This document shows positions 5,746 through 5,972 of a DNA stretch of 5,972 bases, in pieces. The notes under the pieces were generated by a model that saw nothing but the letters and a program-made list of their open reading frames with translations, made no database searches and was not told where the DNA came from. Position 1 is the first letter of the stretch. Each line of letters opens with the position of its first letter. The translations under genes and the position numbers were made by a program. The stretch is from Zygnema circumcarinatum SAG 698-1b (Eukaryota > Plantae > Zygnematophyceae): positions 1 through 5,972 of the forward strand of contig JBBHKD010000078.1 in NCBI GenBank assembly GCA_037447605.1. The letters run 5' to 3'.

Positions 5746-5761
5746 GGGTCGTTGCTGGTGG
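5718..5761 (+). other. -1 programmed ribosomal frameshift signal at the gag/pol junction
   Basis: Slippery heptamer G_GAA_AAC (5718-5724) is in phase with the terminal gag frame. It is followed by a 6-nt spacer (cccaac) and an 11-bp stem CCACCAGCAGC (5731-5741) / GTTGCTGGTGG (5751-5761) with one G-U pair. The -1 frame is open to 5930. Confidence 0.7.
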
Positions 5762-5972
5762 ACATGCTAGGCTAGGGGGAGGGAATGGGGCTGCCATCAG
5801 GGATAAAAGACTCTTGTTTCTTAGAACCCTGGACATTCTTGACTTGGTGGACAGGCCTCTGGAAGTGCAAGATCTCTTTGTGTTTGATGTACTCCCTTCT
5901 TCCATTTCTCTCTCTCACTTGCTTCTGTAGTACAGGCCTGCTCCGGGTTTTATGGATGTAAGAGTGATGAAT
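5722..5972 (+). pseudogene. Probable 5' end of pol (pre-protease spacer), one in-frame stop, continuing out of the window
   Basis: This is the frame reached by the -1 slip. It is open to TAG 5928-5930 and then continues YRPAPGFMDVRVMN to the window edge. No protease DSG/DTG motif is visible, so the call is positional only. Confidence 0.45.

Overview
This window looks like a eukaryotic LTR-retrotransposon nest, with no intact protein-coding gene that I can support. From left to right: (1) 1-1110 is unassigned sequence that is A/C-rich on the minus strand. (2) About 1111-2078 is a minus-strand LTR-like segment (TGTT...AACA) preceded by a polypurine tract, so probably a 3' LTR; only about 70 bp of its internal region is left before the next element. 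(3) Two head-to-tail, diverged copies of a ~1.3 kb non-coding unit (A 2149-3488, B 3496-4795) both start TGTAGC and are only 7 bp apart. (4) Copy B is followed by a PBS-like motif, a leader with stem-loops, and a frameshifted Ty3/gypsy-type gag with a Retrotrans_gag-like core and a broken CCHC knuckle. (5) An apparently intact -1 ribosomal frameshift cassette (G_GAA_AAC, 6-nt spacer, 11-bp stem) leads into an open pol-like frame. The most unusual feature is the tandem pair of diverged LTR-like units, which keep about ten stem-loops while loops and linkers change. All alignments and folds were done by eye, without database searches. Host organism and element family are not determined.
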